This document shows, in pieces, positions 11,181 through 25,150 of a stretch of DNA of 64,000 nucleotides. Below the pieces are notes generated by a model. It worked only from the letters and a program-made list of their open reading frames with translations. It did not search any database and had not been told where the DNA came from. Every line of letters starts with the position of its first letter. Position 1 is the first letter of the stretch. The stretch lies in the NCBI RefSeq assembly GCF_009914755.1, contig NC_060931.1; one strand, written 5' to 3'. The position numbers were made by a program, and so were the translations under genes. The stretch is from the human T2T-CHM13v2.0 reference genome, Homo sapiens.

Positions 11181-13947
11181 TATCTCGTTGGCTGATCAAG
11201 GATGCCAAGGGGCATGAATGATGCCTGACCCAAGCTTCCCAGCGCAATCCAGTGGGGAGAAGCTCATACAAAACCACAGAGTCAGGGTGTGCAGGTTAAG
11301 TGCCCCACGTGAGGCAGAAACAAGACAATAAGAACTCCACAGAAGAATGTGAGAGGGCTCTCCTATGGGGAGGACAGTGAAGCAAAGTTATTAGGGGGGA
11401 AAAAATGAGGGGCTACAAAAATAGAAAAGGATAAACAGGAGATTCAGGGAGGCTCAAGTTACAGAAGCCAAAAGTTGAGAGGATGTCAAAAAAGGAAGGC
11501 TGAGGCAACATCAAGGTACTTAAGAGTTTCTCTTTCCTACGGGAAAGGCTATGGGACACCTTGAGGAGCAAAACGGTTGTGTGGCACAACTGTAGAAGTT
11601 TCCTGCCCTTGGAAAGAGAAAGGTGAAAGGCATACCATTCTTGGTTAGTTTCTGAAAGTTTTTTAGTTCAAACTGTCCTATAAATGGGAAAGAACCATGC
11701 ATCAGAGCATCTGGGCCAGAGAAATGGTCCCTATCCTTAGCCAAGCTCTGTGTCGCTAAGGTAGATTGGTGTCATGATAATGAGCCCTCCCCTGACTGCA
11801 TTCCAAGGGTGAGCAGGGCCATGAGAGTTGCCCTCCTGTGTGAGTAAGAGCCCAGCAAGAGCTGTACCATCGCAGCTGGGCCGGTCTCCACAGGCCAAGA
11901 GCAGGAGAACAGAGCTCTTTCCTTGAGGCTGAGCCCCGCAAGGCAGAAGCTGCTGCATGAACACTGAGTTTGGGGATGTGATGCTTTGAACCCCAGGCAA
12001 CCCCTAAAACTTCTCCCATGAGAACAAGACAAGTAACCAAAAATGGGGACAGAGGAAAGCTAAGCTATGGTCCCCAAGGAACCACAGGCCTGAGGGAAAC
12101 GCTCAGAGGTCTCTTTGGGCCCAAGAGCTAACGAATAGAAACTGAGACCATTGGGACCATTTGAGTATTTCTGCCTCTCCCTCCTTGACCCCAAAACAAA
12201 CAGGGCTGGCTCTTAGAGGCAGTGAGCAGCGAAGGACAGTGGGAGGGTTGCCCTGAGGCCCAGCTGATTCCCCCAAGTCTAGTGCCATGGCCCGTCACTA
12301 TAGGGTCTGGGATTCCCACCTCAGGCCCCACCACATCCAGGCCTGGGTGCCCTCATCTGAGACACTCTGCAAACTGAAGTCTACTCTGACAATAACTAGC
12401 TCTTCTCAGACTCTATTATTTTGATTTGTAGCATCTTTCTGAAACCCCAGGGGATTGGGCTTCAACTGTTAGGTCAAGCAAAACGTGAGTTCTTAACAGG
12501 ATATCTTTCTACCAAAAATACATTCCTTGCAGGCAGGAGCTGGGGCCATCTTGTGACCATGGTGCCCGGCACCTGGACAGTGCCAGGTACCAAATGGGTG
12601 CCCACATTCACTCATTCTCTTGTTGGACAAGAGGGAGCCCATCTGAGAGTCCCAAGTCAAGGAAAGGTTTCATGGCTTATAAAGTTTGGAAACTACTTCC
12701 CAGAGCACTCCCTGGAAGACCATGCCTCATTCAATACCTGCTGACCCCTCAAGGGGCTCAAACTTGTCAAGTGGGACCACAGATGACCACAGACTCAGCG
12801 TCTCCCTCCTGGAGGACAGAGGAAGCACCCCACCAAATGGAGCCACCACACAGGTGGACCTGCTCTGTAAGCTGCCAGTGATCATCAGATTTCAAGCCAA
12901 AAACTCAAAGACTAAGTGGGAAACGAAGTTTTGTTTCAATGCCATGTCCATGCCAAGCAGTCCATAATCAGGCAATTGGAATGCAGAGGCTGGGAAGGAG
13001 ATTTCCCTTTGAATTATATGACCAGTAAGAAAAGGCAGGAAGCCCAAGGCTGTCAGGTGATCCAGGAAGTGGGCGCTGGGGCTGGTGAGAGATGGCTTTT
13101 TGCCTTTTTCAGATGTGTCCCTTCAACACTGTAAAGCCTTGCCAGAAAGAAAACTCGTCCCAAATCTCAAGGAATCTCAGCATCACTCGCAACAAATCTA
13201 TGTCACCAATGAAGGATCTTGGGCAATGCAAAGGGGCAGACGGGTCCAAGGAGGGCGACTGCCTGCCCGTGAGCACGGCACTCCCTGATTCAGCTTCGCA
13301 GGGCTGCCTTCCTGAAGCTCGCACACCTGCCTGATGGTTCAGGCACTGCACATCGTCTACAATGAGCAGTCAAGAGGCAAGACGAGGGACCCAGCTGCCC
13401 TAGAGCCCTGCCCTGGGTCTCAGGCATGGAAGGGTCTGCAGAGCTATCACTGGCCACAAAGCGTGGCTTTTTCTCTGACCCATTCTGAGATAGGGAGGTC
13501 TGCTACCTTCACTCAACTATGCTGTGAGGAGAAGGGTGAAGGGCCTGTTTTACAAAAGACAATCCATCCCAACAGCACAGCCCACTTCCCTGGCAAGGCA
13601 GTGGCAGGTGGGGGAGGTCACGGTTCATGCATGACCAGGGCGGGAGCTGCAGGAGGCTCCAGCTCCCTCTCCTCACTGGCGCCAGGACCCTCTCTCTGCA
13701 GGGGCACAGACTCTCAGAAAAAAAGCAACGGCAGTGTGAGCTGTCTGGAGAGAAGGAAAATGTCCACATGCGCACCTTCTGAATTTAGAAAGGGATGTGT
13801 AAAATGTCATTCAGCATCTAACACAAAGCTAACATAAGGCAGACATTTGGGAAAAGATAGCCCAGAAACTTCCTACCAAGGGTGTGGATATGAGGGAAGG
13901 TGACCGGCAGTACCCAGGTCCCCCAGCCTCCCTTCAGGCCTTTGACC

Positions 13948-14321
13948 TGGGCTGAACTGCGTTCCCAAACATTCCTATGTTAAGCCCTAACCCCCAGCAC
14001 TTCAGAATGTGACTGTATTTGGAAACAGAGCCTTTACAGAGGTCACTAAGTTAAAACCGGGTCACAAAGGTGGGCCCTAATCCAATACAACCGGTGTCCT
14101 TACAGGAGGAGGAGATTAAAACACAGGCAGGTCCAGAGGGAAGAGCAGGTGAGGACACCGCGAGAAAACAGCCATGTGCAAGCCCAGGAGAGAGGCCTCA
14201 GGAGGAACCAACTCAGCTGTCACCTTGACCTCAGACTTCCAGCCTCCAGAACTATAAGAAAACAAACTTCTGTTGTGTAGCCAGCCAGTCTGCGGGATAC
14301 TGCGGGGAAGCCCGAGCTAAC
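13948..14321 (+). mobile_element. MLT1A-like MaLR solo LTR
   Basis: cagaatgtgactgtatttggaaacagagccttt...gggccctaatccaatacaaccggtgtcctta...cagacttccagcctccagaact. Confidence 0.85.
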
Positions 14322-15063
14322 AGCATCCTCCACTCTGCAGGCAAAGGCTCCGGCAGGTCTGTGTGCTGAAGCCGTTCTGGCCTCAGCTCTCTGCCTGCAT
14401 CTGCAGCTACCATCTCAGACCTGCCAACGGCACTGTAAGAATCCCACACCCAGGGCCAACCAGGACAAAGAGAAGGTCCATTCCCAGAAAGGGCCACCTG
14501 AGGTTGACATGCCAAAGGAAGGCAGGGGTGCTAACACTGCCCTGGTCCTCCGTTAGTTACAGGGTCCCCAGTCTCAGTACTGACTGAGGCAGGGGCACAC
14601 TAACACACACATCAGCAACAAGGCACAGGTCAAGACCCTCCCACACTGTGTTCTAGCCCACCTTCAGAACAACAGCTACCAACTCCTGAGGCTCACGAGG
14701 AGTGCCCAGAGTGACCCAGGAGGCAGGCAGCATCACCCCCACCATATGGAAGGGCACAAGGAGACCAGTGAGGCCCAGAGGCATGTCCGCGAGGAGAGTG
14801 TGCGCAGCCCGGCTCTGCTGCAGCCCAGGTCCTCCCATCCCTACCCGACTCAGCCCGGTGTTCCCAGGCAGAGCCGAGCCAAGGAGGAGAGGGAGAGAGA
14901 GGACAGAGACGGGAGACTCTCTTTGGGAACCTTGGAATAAAGGTTCTAGTATCAGGCCTCTACCTACAGTGACACGCATTCACTGACCACCTTAATCAAT
15001 ACTGAACAGGCGACTCTCCTGCAAAGAAAGGCACTAGTGACTAGTGTCATGCATAGGGCTTAC

Positions 15064-15233
15064 CTGTCAGGAGTTGGCTCTGTAGCACTGTCTGCTGGGG
15101 CGGCCACCCTGGCTTCACTGAGAGGACCCAGGTGAGGACCTGGCTGCCGGTCACTGGGCTGCTGGTCACTGAGCTACCAGTCACTGGGCCTGCAGCTGCT
15201 GCTTCCTGCTCAGCATTGTGGTCAGCGCCAAAG
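15064..15233 (-). other. GRB10: Non-coding 5'-UTR exon (170 nt)
   Basis: Acceptor TTTGACTTTCCAG|CTTTGG and strong donor GACAG|GTAAGC; sequence recognised as GRB10 5' UTR. Confidence 0.85.
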
Positions 15234-16339
15234 CTGGAAAGTCAAACGGGCCATCACTGAACTTCCGTAGAATTTATACAAATGAACTTATACTCTGAGC
15301 CCAGGAATAAAACTTTTAAAACAGACATGAAAGAATATTTTTTTCCAAGAAGATCATTTAAGAGTGTTCTGAAGAACAAAACAAGGACGTGACTAAGTAA
15401 GATGTAGGTTTCTAGTTGTCACATGATGCCCAGAGACAGAGGACAGAGGGAAGATGCACTGGGCTCTACGCTCACTGCCCACACATCTCTGCGTCTCCAA
15501 AGCACGCTGCCTCCAAGGCAGGCGGGGTACAAAGCACACAGACCTTTGCCCTCTTGCAAGGCAAAGTTACCTAGAATTCACTTCGGGCCCAGGTCAGGGT
15601 CCTCCCAGGCTACAACCTTCGGCCCACCCAGCAGGAACCTGCCTCCATGTCAGACCTGGCCCCAGCCCACAATGCCTGGTACTGTTCTCAGCAGAGATTC
15701 CGCTGGGCACTCTGCATGGAGCACATGTGTTCCACGAGAGGGGTGCAGAGCAGGCAGACCTGGGGTTCCAATTCTGGCTCTGATCTTTGATTCATCACTC
15801 AAGTCCTATGAACTGAGAGCTCAAGGCGCAGAGCCCTCAGTTCACAGGTGGGTTCTAGGCATGGAGAAGAGGGTGGAGACCAATTGAAACCCCTACCGGA
15901 GGAGACTTTATAGTGACCTGGGCAACTCACTGGTCTTCCCAGGCTCTGGTCCCACTGCAGAGCATGGGGATGAAACCCACCTCACTGAGGATTTTAATAC
16001 ACTGCATTGGAATGCCACTGGATTCCAACATGTTTAAATGAAATACACAGAGAATGGCTTAGCAGTGTGACTGGCATGCAGCAAGGGTGCCATCCAGGAG
16101 CCTCCTATCGCTGTTGGGCTGGAGGAGGTCCCCTGCCTGCAACGTGGGTGATCTCAACAGATCCCTCCATGGAAGAGTCAGAAGCTAAATTTTCCTAATT
16201 GTTAAACGGTGAAAATGAAACCTGCCCCTGCCTCTTACCTGACATCAAGAAGTCCTGGGCCCAGATATAAGAAGACCAGTCAAATGGCTGTTTTTTGAAA
16301 CAGGTCCCGCTGAACATGCTTGCTAAAAATCCAGGCACC

Positions 16340-16555
16340 AGAGAGTCTTGGTTCATCTCCAGATGCCACCCCTTAGCGGCTGATGTCTGGGCAAATTATT
16401 GAGTCATTGGGGTTCAGTGTTCCCAGCTATAAAATCAGCATGAAAATAGTATCTCTCTCACGGAGCTTTTATTAGGATTAAATGAGCTAATGCATATAAA
16501 GGCTTAGGACAGGGTTCAACGTATAGCAAACGTTAAACAAATGTATACTCATCAT
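16340..16555 (+). mobile_element. MIR SINE
   Basis: MIR core: tgggcaaattatt...cagtgttcccagctataaaat...aggattaaatgagctaatgcatataaag. Confidence 0.75.
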
Positions 16556-18079
16556 TAACTACAACATGCCAAATAATTCTCCCATTTTCAGGTGTGAAAC
16601 ACACCAGCCACCTGCAAGCTATGAAGCTTGCTAATGTTTAAAGGGGATGCTGGTCTTTTTAGGACCAAAAGGGGAGATATGTGATACATGATTATGAGAC
16701 TGATCAAAGTTGAACATCACCTGCCTATGCAAAAGCATTTTATTAAGGGTATCGCTTTAACCGTCTCAAAGAATTTGGAAGTTTGGAAAGTATCAAGATG
16801 ATTATGTCGACTAGAATATTTCTAAGTTCTAGTAGCTTAAGTGACTAAAAGATAAGAAAAAAGGGTGCATGGGCAAACAAGTATGAGGGTCTGTGACATG
16901 GCAATGGGAACACTGGGAAATGGACTTACGGTCACCATCACAACAGCATACGAATCACTGCTAATTCTCATATCCTGATGTGTGTCCCATCTCTAGAGAG
17001 CCTAATCTTTTCCCCAATTCTGATTCAAATGCCCAGGACCACTTCCCAAGGCATCTTCAGGCATGTGGCTTCAAATGTAAGACATGTGCTTGAAAGGTTT
17101 GCTTTTTCTCATGGGCACGATAAATTAAATACATCACTGAGGTAAAGTGAAATATACTTGTCCTGTCAAACCCATCATCACTTCATCCATTTTTGTCTAT
17201 TTTCTAGGAAGTTGATATTAGTCTTTACAGTTGACAAAACAAAGACAACATGCTCTTTGAACCTGATAAACTGAAGAGTTAGTAAGATACAATGCCTCCT
17301 CAATAACCTCAGTGTCCGCCCATCAACACACAGGGGAAAGCCTGCTGCAAACACAACCTCTCGGCTCTGTTTACAGTAGCCTCATCTGGCACCGACACCC
17401 AGACCACCAACACCCCGAGAGTAGACCAGCACACTTCACACGCTGACCCGGACCACTGGACAGAAGTTACAGAGTCTAAAGGGCTCACTCAGCTATTTCC
17501 CTATCAGTCAGGAGAGATTTCTTAGGCAGTTTCCAGTTAGATACGACTTAAACTTGAGATCTTAAAGAATATACTAACCTGGGGAAAAATAAATAATGTC
17601 TTAACTTACTTCCAAAATATCCCAGAAACAAAGGGCCTCTTGATTTCTGTTTAGTATCTTTGGTATCTTCCAAAAATTCCTGAGCTAATATAAAGTTTTC
17701 CTTCTGCCTAGTTTTCTCACACTAAATATTTAGAGTAATAACAGTGACTATTTAGACACTCAACAAATCCTAACTTTCATGACGAGGGTATTCAGCCTGT
17801 TCGGCCAGAGAGCTCTGGAGTGAAGTCTAGGCCTTCTCAGAAGGGGACAGAATACTTTTAGTTAAACAAAAAAATTAAACTCCATATTGTACTGATATCA
17901 GAGACTCAGAGATGACTGTGTTTTCCCAGAGTAAGAGGGTGCTTATGAAGACAAATTGAGAAATATGTAAATAGAATGGAATTAAAAGGAACATTTCTAA
18001 AAAGTAATTATAAAATTTCAGAATGTTATTGCCAGGACCTGTGGACAGCTTAAAGCTGAAACAACAACTATGAAATACA

Positions 18080-18444
<365 letters not shown>

Positions 18445-18564
18445 TCAGTAATGCAAATCCAGCAGCCACAGCTCCTTTCCTGGTGAAGATGATAGAACAG
18501 GAGGCCCACAGAAGCGGGCAGCAGATGGAAGCGAAAACAGAAACCATCCCACCTCACTGCCAAC

Positions 18565-18900
18565 ATCATCTCTCAGCACCTATGGCGGATCGGTTCCAGG
18601 ACACCAGAGACACCAAAATCCATCAGAGGATGCTCCAGTCCCTGGTATAAAATGGCGTAGTATTTGGATATGACCTACACACTTCCATTCACTTTAAAAC
18701 ATTTCTAGATTAATTACAATACCTGACATGATGTAAATGCTATATTGTTTATGCTGTATTGTTTTTATTTGAATTATTTTATTGTTTTATTGTTATATTT
18801 GATTGTTTATGGGGGGACTGAATATTTTTATCCATGGTTAGTTGAATCCAAGGATGTGGAACCCACAGACGCACAAGCTGTGGAATAGCAGAGCGGCTGT
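18565..18900 (+). mobile_element. MER2 (Tigger-family MITE)
   Basis: ggttccaggac...ccaaaatcc..ggatgctccagtccctggtataaaatggcgtagtattt...ggttagttgaatccaaggatgtggaaccc. Confidence 0.8.
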
Positions 18901-20870
18901 ACTTTCAAATCACCAAACATACAGAAAGGCTCAGCAGCAACTCAGCTGCCAGGGACCCAGTCATCTGCCCAATCCCAGGAAGGCCCTTCTTCCCTCACTA
19001 ACCTGTCCACCAGCAGACACCAGGAGAGGGCCACAGAGACAGTGAATGGCCAGGGGGCAGAGCGCGGACACCCCGGGAGCAGCTTCTGAACTGCCACCAT
19101 CACTGAAACCAACAAAACTTAGCCAAAATGTGTAAACAGGCCCAGACTCCATCTAGGTCTCAATTTCAGGGTCAAGCAGGACCAACAGGCCCAATAATCC
19201 TCAGTGTGGGGCCTCCAGGAGCCACCAGCCGAGCAAGCACAAAGATGGGTTAGCCAGAGAGCGTGCTTCCCTCTACGGCCATGCAGACCAGAAGCACAGG
19301 GAGGTCAGAGGCTGCCTACCTGAAAGAGGCAGCACACAGCTCTAAAACTAGCCAAAGGCCAGCAGAGCGGTGAGAGGCAGGATAAATATACATGCACACA
19401 TGCACAGAACAGCGACTGAGCAGAAAACCTACAGAAAAGACCACACTCACAATAGTTTATATACATAGGTATGCATATTTTAGGTTAGCCCTAAGAATAA
19501 TCCTATACAAACCATAAAATATCATAGCACTTAGGAGATATAAAAAGACCTAAATGAATGGAAACACGCTAAGTTCCTAAATGGAAAGATTAAACATCAT
19601 AAGGATTAATTCTCTTAAAAGTAATATAAATATCCAAAACAACTTTATAAATGAAATGTAGTATGTATCTATCTAAATTCAAGCAGTTTTTTTCTTAGAA
19701 CTAGTGGAATAATCCTAAAACTAACAAAATAAAATAAGCGGTAAGATGGTCAATCATAGAGCATTAAGGGAGAATTACTCATCATCTAGTAAAATGCACC
19801 CTAAAGCAAAAGTAGTTAAAATAGTGTGTACTTGGCACAAAAATACATGCTACTGTTCATCCAGAAGAGTCAAATCTGCAAATACGAACATGAGTATTTT
19901 TATCATGGCACCATGTGCTATACAAGCTACACTGAAACAAGAGTGGGCACGTGTCTTCACTCCACAATCGAGCACACAGGATCCCTGGGACTAGAATCCC
20001 AGGGCTCACAGCCATTCCTGACTCTCCAGATGATGCCACCCAAGATGGTGGTGACAGCTATGATAACTGTACTCAGGGCAATGGCAGCCACCCTTGATTG
20101 ACAACCTATTACCTGTCAGAATCTTACCAAATGCTTTACAATCTCTCATGGGAGGGCTTTTTGAAGATCAAATTGAAGGAAGTAAAGGCATGTGAGACAC
20201 AAAACACAACATGCAAAGATAGGTGGGTTTTAATTAAGAACAACTAGATATCAATCCTTTGAGGCAGCACTGTTACCTCATTTTACAGATGCAGAAACCA
20301 AGGCTAGGAGACGGTAATTATATGCCAAGGCCACACAGTTAATCAATGGCAGAGCGAAGATGCAAGTCAACAGATACCTGGATGTATGAATCCCTGCCAC
20401 ACGGTTTGTGATTTTAATAAAATATCATTTCTACCATAAGGAAAAAAATAGAAAACTTTTACAATAATTGTAAAGTTTCTCTTCATTTTGATTCTTTCAA
20501 TCACTTGCTGGAACAGATTTTATCATTTCCTTTTAGGGAAAAGAAAATCTACTAGAGTGAGCCTGAAATCCAAAGCATAGAAGATAACAGAATTTCTTTT
20601 AAAATCCCCTGCATGCCAGGAATGAAAGATTTTAGTGGTGAGGTATAAATAAGGAACCCCCTTAACCTGATAAAAAGCATCTATCCAAAACTTCCAGCAG
20701 GCAAGTGGCACAGGTAATGAAGAAGCAAAAATGACATCCCCATTAACATTAGGGCCGGAAAGCTCACAATGGCAGTATCAGATGTAACTGTTCTAGGGTT
20801 CTAGAAAACACAGTGAAGAAACAGAAACGAGGTGTAAATGTTAAATTGAAAAAGATTTTTAAGAACTGTC

Positions 20871-21283
20871 TGATATGGTTTGGTTCTGTGTCCCTACCAA
20901 ATCTCATTTCAAATTGTAACCCCCAGTGTTGGAGGTGGAGCCTGGTGGAAGGTGACTGGACTGTGGTGGTGGATCCTTCATGAATGGTTTAGCACCATCC
21001 TCGTGGTGCTGTTGTGATGGAGTTCTCAAGAGACCTGGTTGTTTAAGTGTGTGGCACCTCCCCCCACTTCTCTTCCTCTTCCTCCAGCCACATAAAACAT
21101 GTCTGCTTCCCCTGTCGCCTTCCACCTTGATTGTAGGTTTCCTGAGGACGCCTCAGAAGCCGAGTAGATGCTGCCGTGCTTCCTGTCCAGCCTGCGGAAT
21201 CAAGAGTGAATTAAACCTCTTTTCTTTATGAATTACCCAGTCTCAACTATTCCTTTGTAGTAGTGCAAGAACAGACTAATACA
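20871..21283 (+). mobile_element. MSTA/MSTB MaLR solo LTR with 5-bp TSD (ctgtc/ccgtc)
   Basis: Starts tgatatggtttgg..., ends ...acagactaataca; TSD at 20866-20870 and 21284-21288. Confidence 0.9.
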
Positions 21284-22010
21284 CCGTCACTATTTACAGA
21301 TGAAATGTAAGACCATGCACTGAAAAATAATTAGAACCGATCTGAACGTTTAGTAAGATTGCGATCCCAGAGCAAACTACAAACCCTCCCCAGCCCTTCT
21401 GCACAGCAGCTCCAAGACACCTAGGAAGTCTAATGGTGAAAATGATTTAATTAGCAGAAGCAACCAAAACAACACACTTAAGAATACATACGAGATCCTT
21501 TGAAGAAAATAAAAAATTTTTGAGGAAGCCAAAAGAAGATCAGAAGGGTTAGAAATGCACCACCTCCTTTAAAGGGAAGCCCTCACATTGCTGACGGACA
21601 CTCCACCTCCACTTCAGTAAGTTAAAGCAATATCATCCCAAGGAAGGCCCTGTCTTCAAGGAACTCAGCTTGCTGATTTACAGATACAGGAACAGACATG
21701 TCCATTTACAGAATAAAAGTAAGAGAATGCAGCCAGAGGTGAATGATGACACATAAATTAAAAATAAGATCATGGATAGCTGGCAACTTATGCTCAGTAA
21801 GATCCCACGGTCATATCCTCACCTTCCATATGTGCCTTAAACATTACAAGAACTACTAAACTACTAAGAGATAGTACAGAAGAAAAATGTTATAAAATCT
21901 GAGTGAGGAAGATCTTCATAAGCAAGATTCTCAACCTAGAAGCCATGAAGAAAAAACTAACTTCTGTTCAGCAAAAGACCCTATAGACAAATCAAAAGAC
22001 AGGCAAAAAG

Positions 22011-22468
<458 letters not shown>

Positions 22469-23759
22469 TCACTAGGAGCCAGGGAGACATATACAAACAC
22501 ATGAGCTATAATTGATAGCTGAAAATTAAAAGGACTGGGACTACCCAGAGTTGAGGATGGCTGAACAGCAACAGGGCTCCCCTAAACCGGAGGTGGGATC
22601 ACACTGTACAGGCATGGGGAGGCCCGCTGGAGTGGGGGCAGCAGCTTTCAGACTTTAGTCTTAGGCACAGGCATCCTTCTTGGAATAGCTTATCCTACAG
22701 AAAGACTCACATGCATACACACGCGTGCATACACACACACGGAATGTTTACTACACACTTTAAGACAGAAAAACTGGAAGCAACCTAAATGTGGCTGCCC
22801 AAATCCCTCCTCTCCCCCAGTTCATGGCACCCACCAAACTGCACAAGGCAGAAACAAGAGCTCTCCATTCCTAACTTTCTCTTCTGCCTTCCATCCATGT
22901 AATCCGCTAGCCCAGCTCATTGGCTGCGGAAGCATCTGAGAGTCATCCACTCCCTTCCATCTCTGCTGCCAACTCCAGGCCTCTGCCCCTCATCTGAACT
23001 GGGACTCAGCTGCCCTGTCTCTAAGCATCCTCACTGCTTCCCACTTAACCAGCCCTAGCTCTGGGGAGCCCATGAGGTGACACCATTGCCCTCTGTACTT
23101 CAAATGCACCCAAATTCTCAGCGACAGCTGCCAGGCCTGACGCGTGTGGCCCCTGCCTCCTCTCCAGGCTGCCCAGACACTGCTGTCCCATGCTGGAGTC
23201 ACCTCACTCACCAGCCTGGCCTCCTCCAGGTTCTCAGACTCTATCCTCCCTCATGGCCTTTGCATGCTCTCTGCCTTGTATTTGGAATTTTTTCAAACAC
23301 CTGTGGCCCCAGCTGCCTTCCACCTTCCCCTGCTGGTAGCCTCCTCAGAGAACCAAGGCTCCCCATCCACCCTGTCCTGTCCCTGTCCACCCTGAGGGAT
23401 CAGGCCGCCTGACCCACTCCAGACCCTCTCCACATGGGTCTATAGCTCAGCCCTTGGCTGCCTCTTCTGCAGAACACATCAGGCTTGCTAGTGCTGTTCT
23501 TCTTCCTGCCAACTTTTTTTGTGTCCCTTTCCCAAGAAGAGGTAGCTCTGAGGCCGAGAACTCTATCTGTCCTGACTACTGCTGTATCCCATCTCTTAGC
23601 ACAGGGCCAAGTGGCTCAAATCTTTGCTGAACTTATGGAAAAAAATGCCTGGACAGGAGCCGACTTAAATATAGTAGAGCACAGTACTCCTCCAGCATGG
23701 AAAGCAGCACTGGAAGGCACGCAAAAGCTCTAAAGGAGCCACAGGGACATGAGCTCTGG

Positions 23760-23970
23760 TCTGTGGGAGGCAGCTGTGAAAGTGGCTCAGAACCCAGCCT
23801 CCACCAGCTGGGGTGGGGGCAGCCTGCACAAGCGCTCAGCCACTCTCTGCCTCAATTTCCTCAACTGTAAACTGAGAACAAAACCGTCCCAACTTCATGC
23901 AAGGATGAAATGATGCAATTCCCACAGAGTGCTTCACACAGCACTGACAGAAGGCAAGTGTTTAATAAAG
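23760..23970 (+). mobile_element. MIR SINE fragment
   Basis: ctctctgcctcaatttcctcaactgtaaa...aggatgaaatgatgcaa core. Confidence 0.65.
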
Positions 23971-24064
23971 GAGGCAAAGAGCTAAGCACCAGGAATAAGC
24001 AACACTGCCGTAAAAAGGGGAAAGCAGTATATCTGTGGGTGTCTGCACCCAGGAATTCCAAACA

Positions 24065-25150
24065 GAGAAAATGAGAGAAACTATTTGCAAACTACTCATC
24101 TGACAAGAGATTAATAACCAGAATGTATAAGGAGTTCAAACAATTCCATAGCAAAAAAACAAGTAACTCAATTTAAAAATGGGCAAAACATGTGAACAGA
24201 CATCTCTAAAAGAAGACATACAAAGAGCCAACAGGTGTATCCAAAAAATGCTCAACACCAATATTTATCAGGGAAATACAAATCAAAACCACAATAAGAT
24301 ATCATCTCACCCCAGTTAAAATGACTATTATCAAAAAGGGAATAATGGATACTGGGGAGAATGTACCAAAGGGGACCCCCTATACTCTGCCGGTGGGAAT
24401 GTAAATTAGTGCAGCCCCCATGGAGAACAATATGGAGGTTCCTCAGAAAACTAAAAATAGAACTATCATATGATCCAGCAATTTCACTGCTGGGTATATA
24501 CCCAAAAGAAAGGATCTGTATCAAAAAGATATCTGCACACCCGTGTTTACTGCAGCATTATTCACAATAGCCAAGATATGGAATCGATCTAAGTGTCCAA
24601 CAACAATGAACTCATTTAAAAAAGGTGGTACATACACACAGTGGAGTGCTATTCAACCATAAAAAAGGAGTGAAATTCTATCATTTGCAACAGCATGCAT
24701 TAACCTGGAAGACAGGCATAGAAAGACATATGACATGTTCTCACTCATGTGCAAGCTATGAAGTGGATCTCATGAAGACAGAGAGTAGATTGGTGGTTAC
24801 CAGAGACAGGGAAGAGTAGGGGGGTATGGAGGATTAAAAAAAAGTTGATTAATGAGTACAAATATATGGTCACCTTATTGATTTATATAATACTAGGCCT
24901 TATTTCTGCTCATTCTTGAAATAAGTACACTTAATTAAATAAATCAATAAGGTGACTACCGTCTACAATAATCTATTGTACACTTCAAAATAGCAAGAAG
25001 AGAAGAATTTGAATGTTTCTAAAGTTAAGACAAATATTTAAGGTGGTGGGTATATTAAGTACACTGATTTGACCTTTACAAATTACATGCATGCATTAAA
25101 TTATCTCATGTACCTTGAAACTATGTTTATCTATTATGCATCAATTAAAA
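24065..25150 (+). mobile_element. L1MA-type 3' fragment (ORF2 C-terminus plus 3' UTR)
   Basis: ORF 24361-24570 gives [41 protein letters not shown], the L1 ORF2 C-terminal motif; ends tatgcatcaattaaaaa. Confidence 0.9.
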
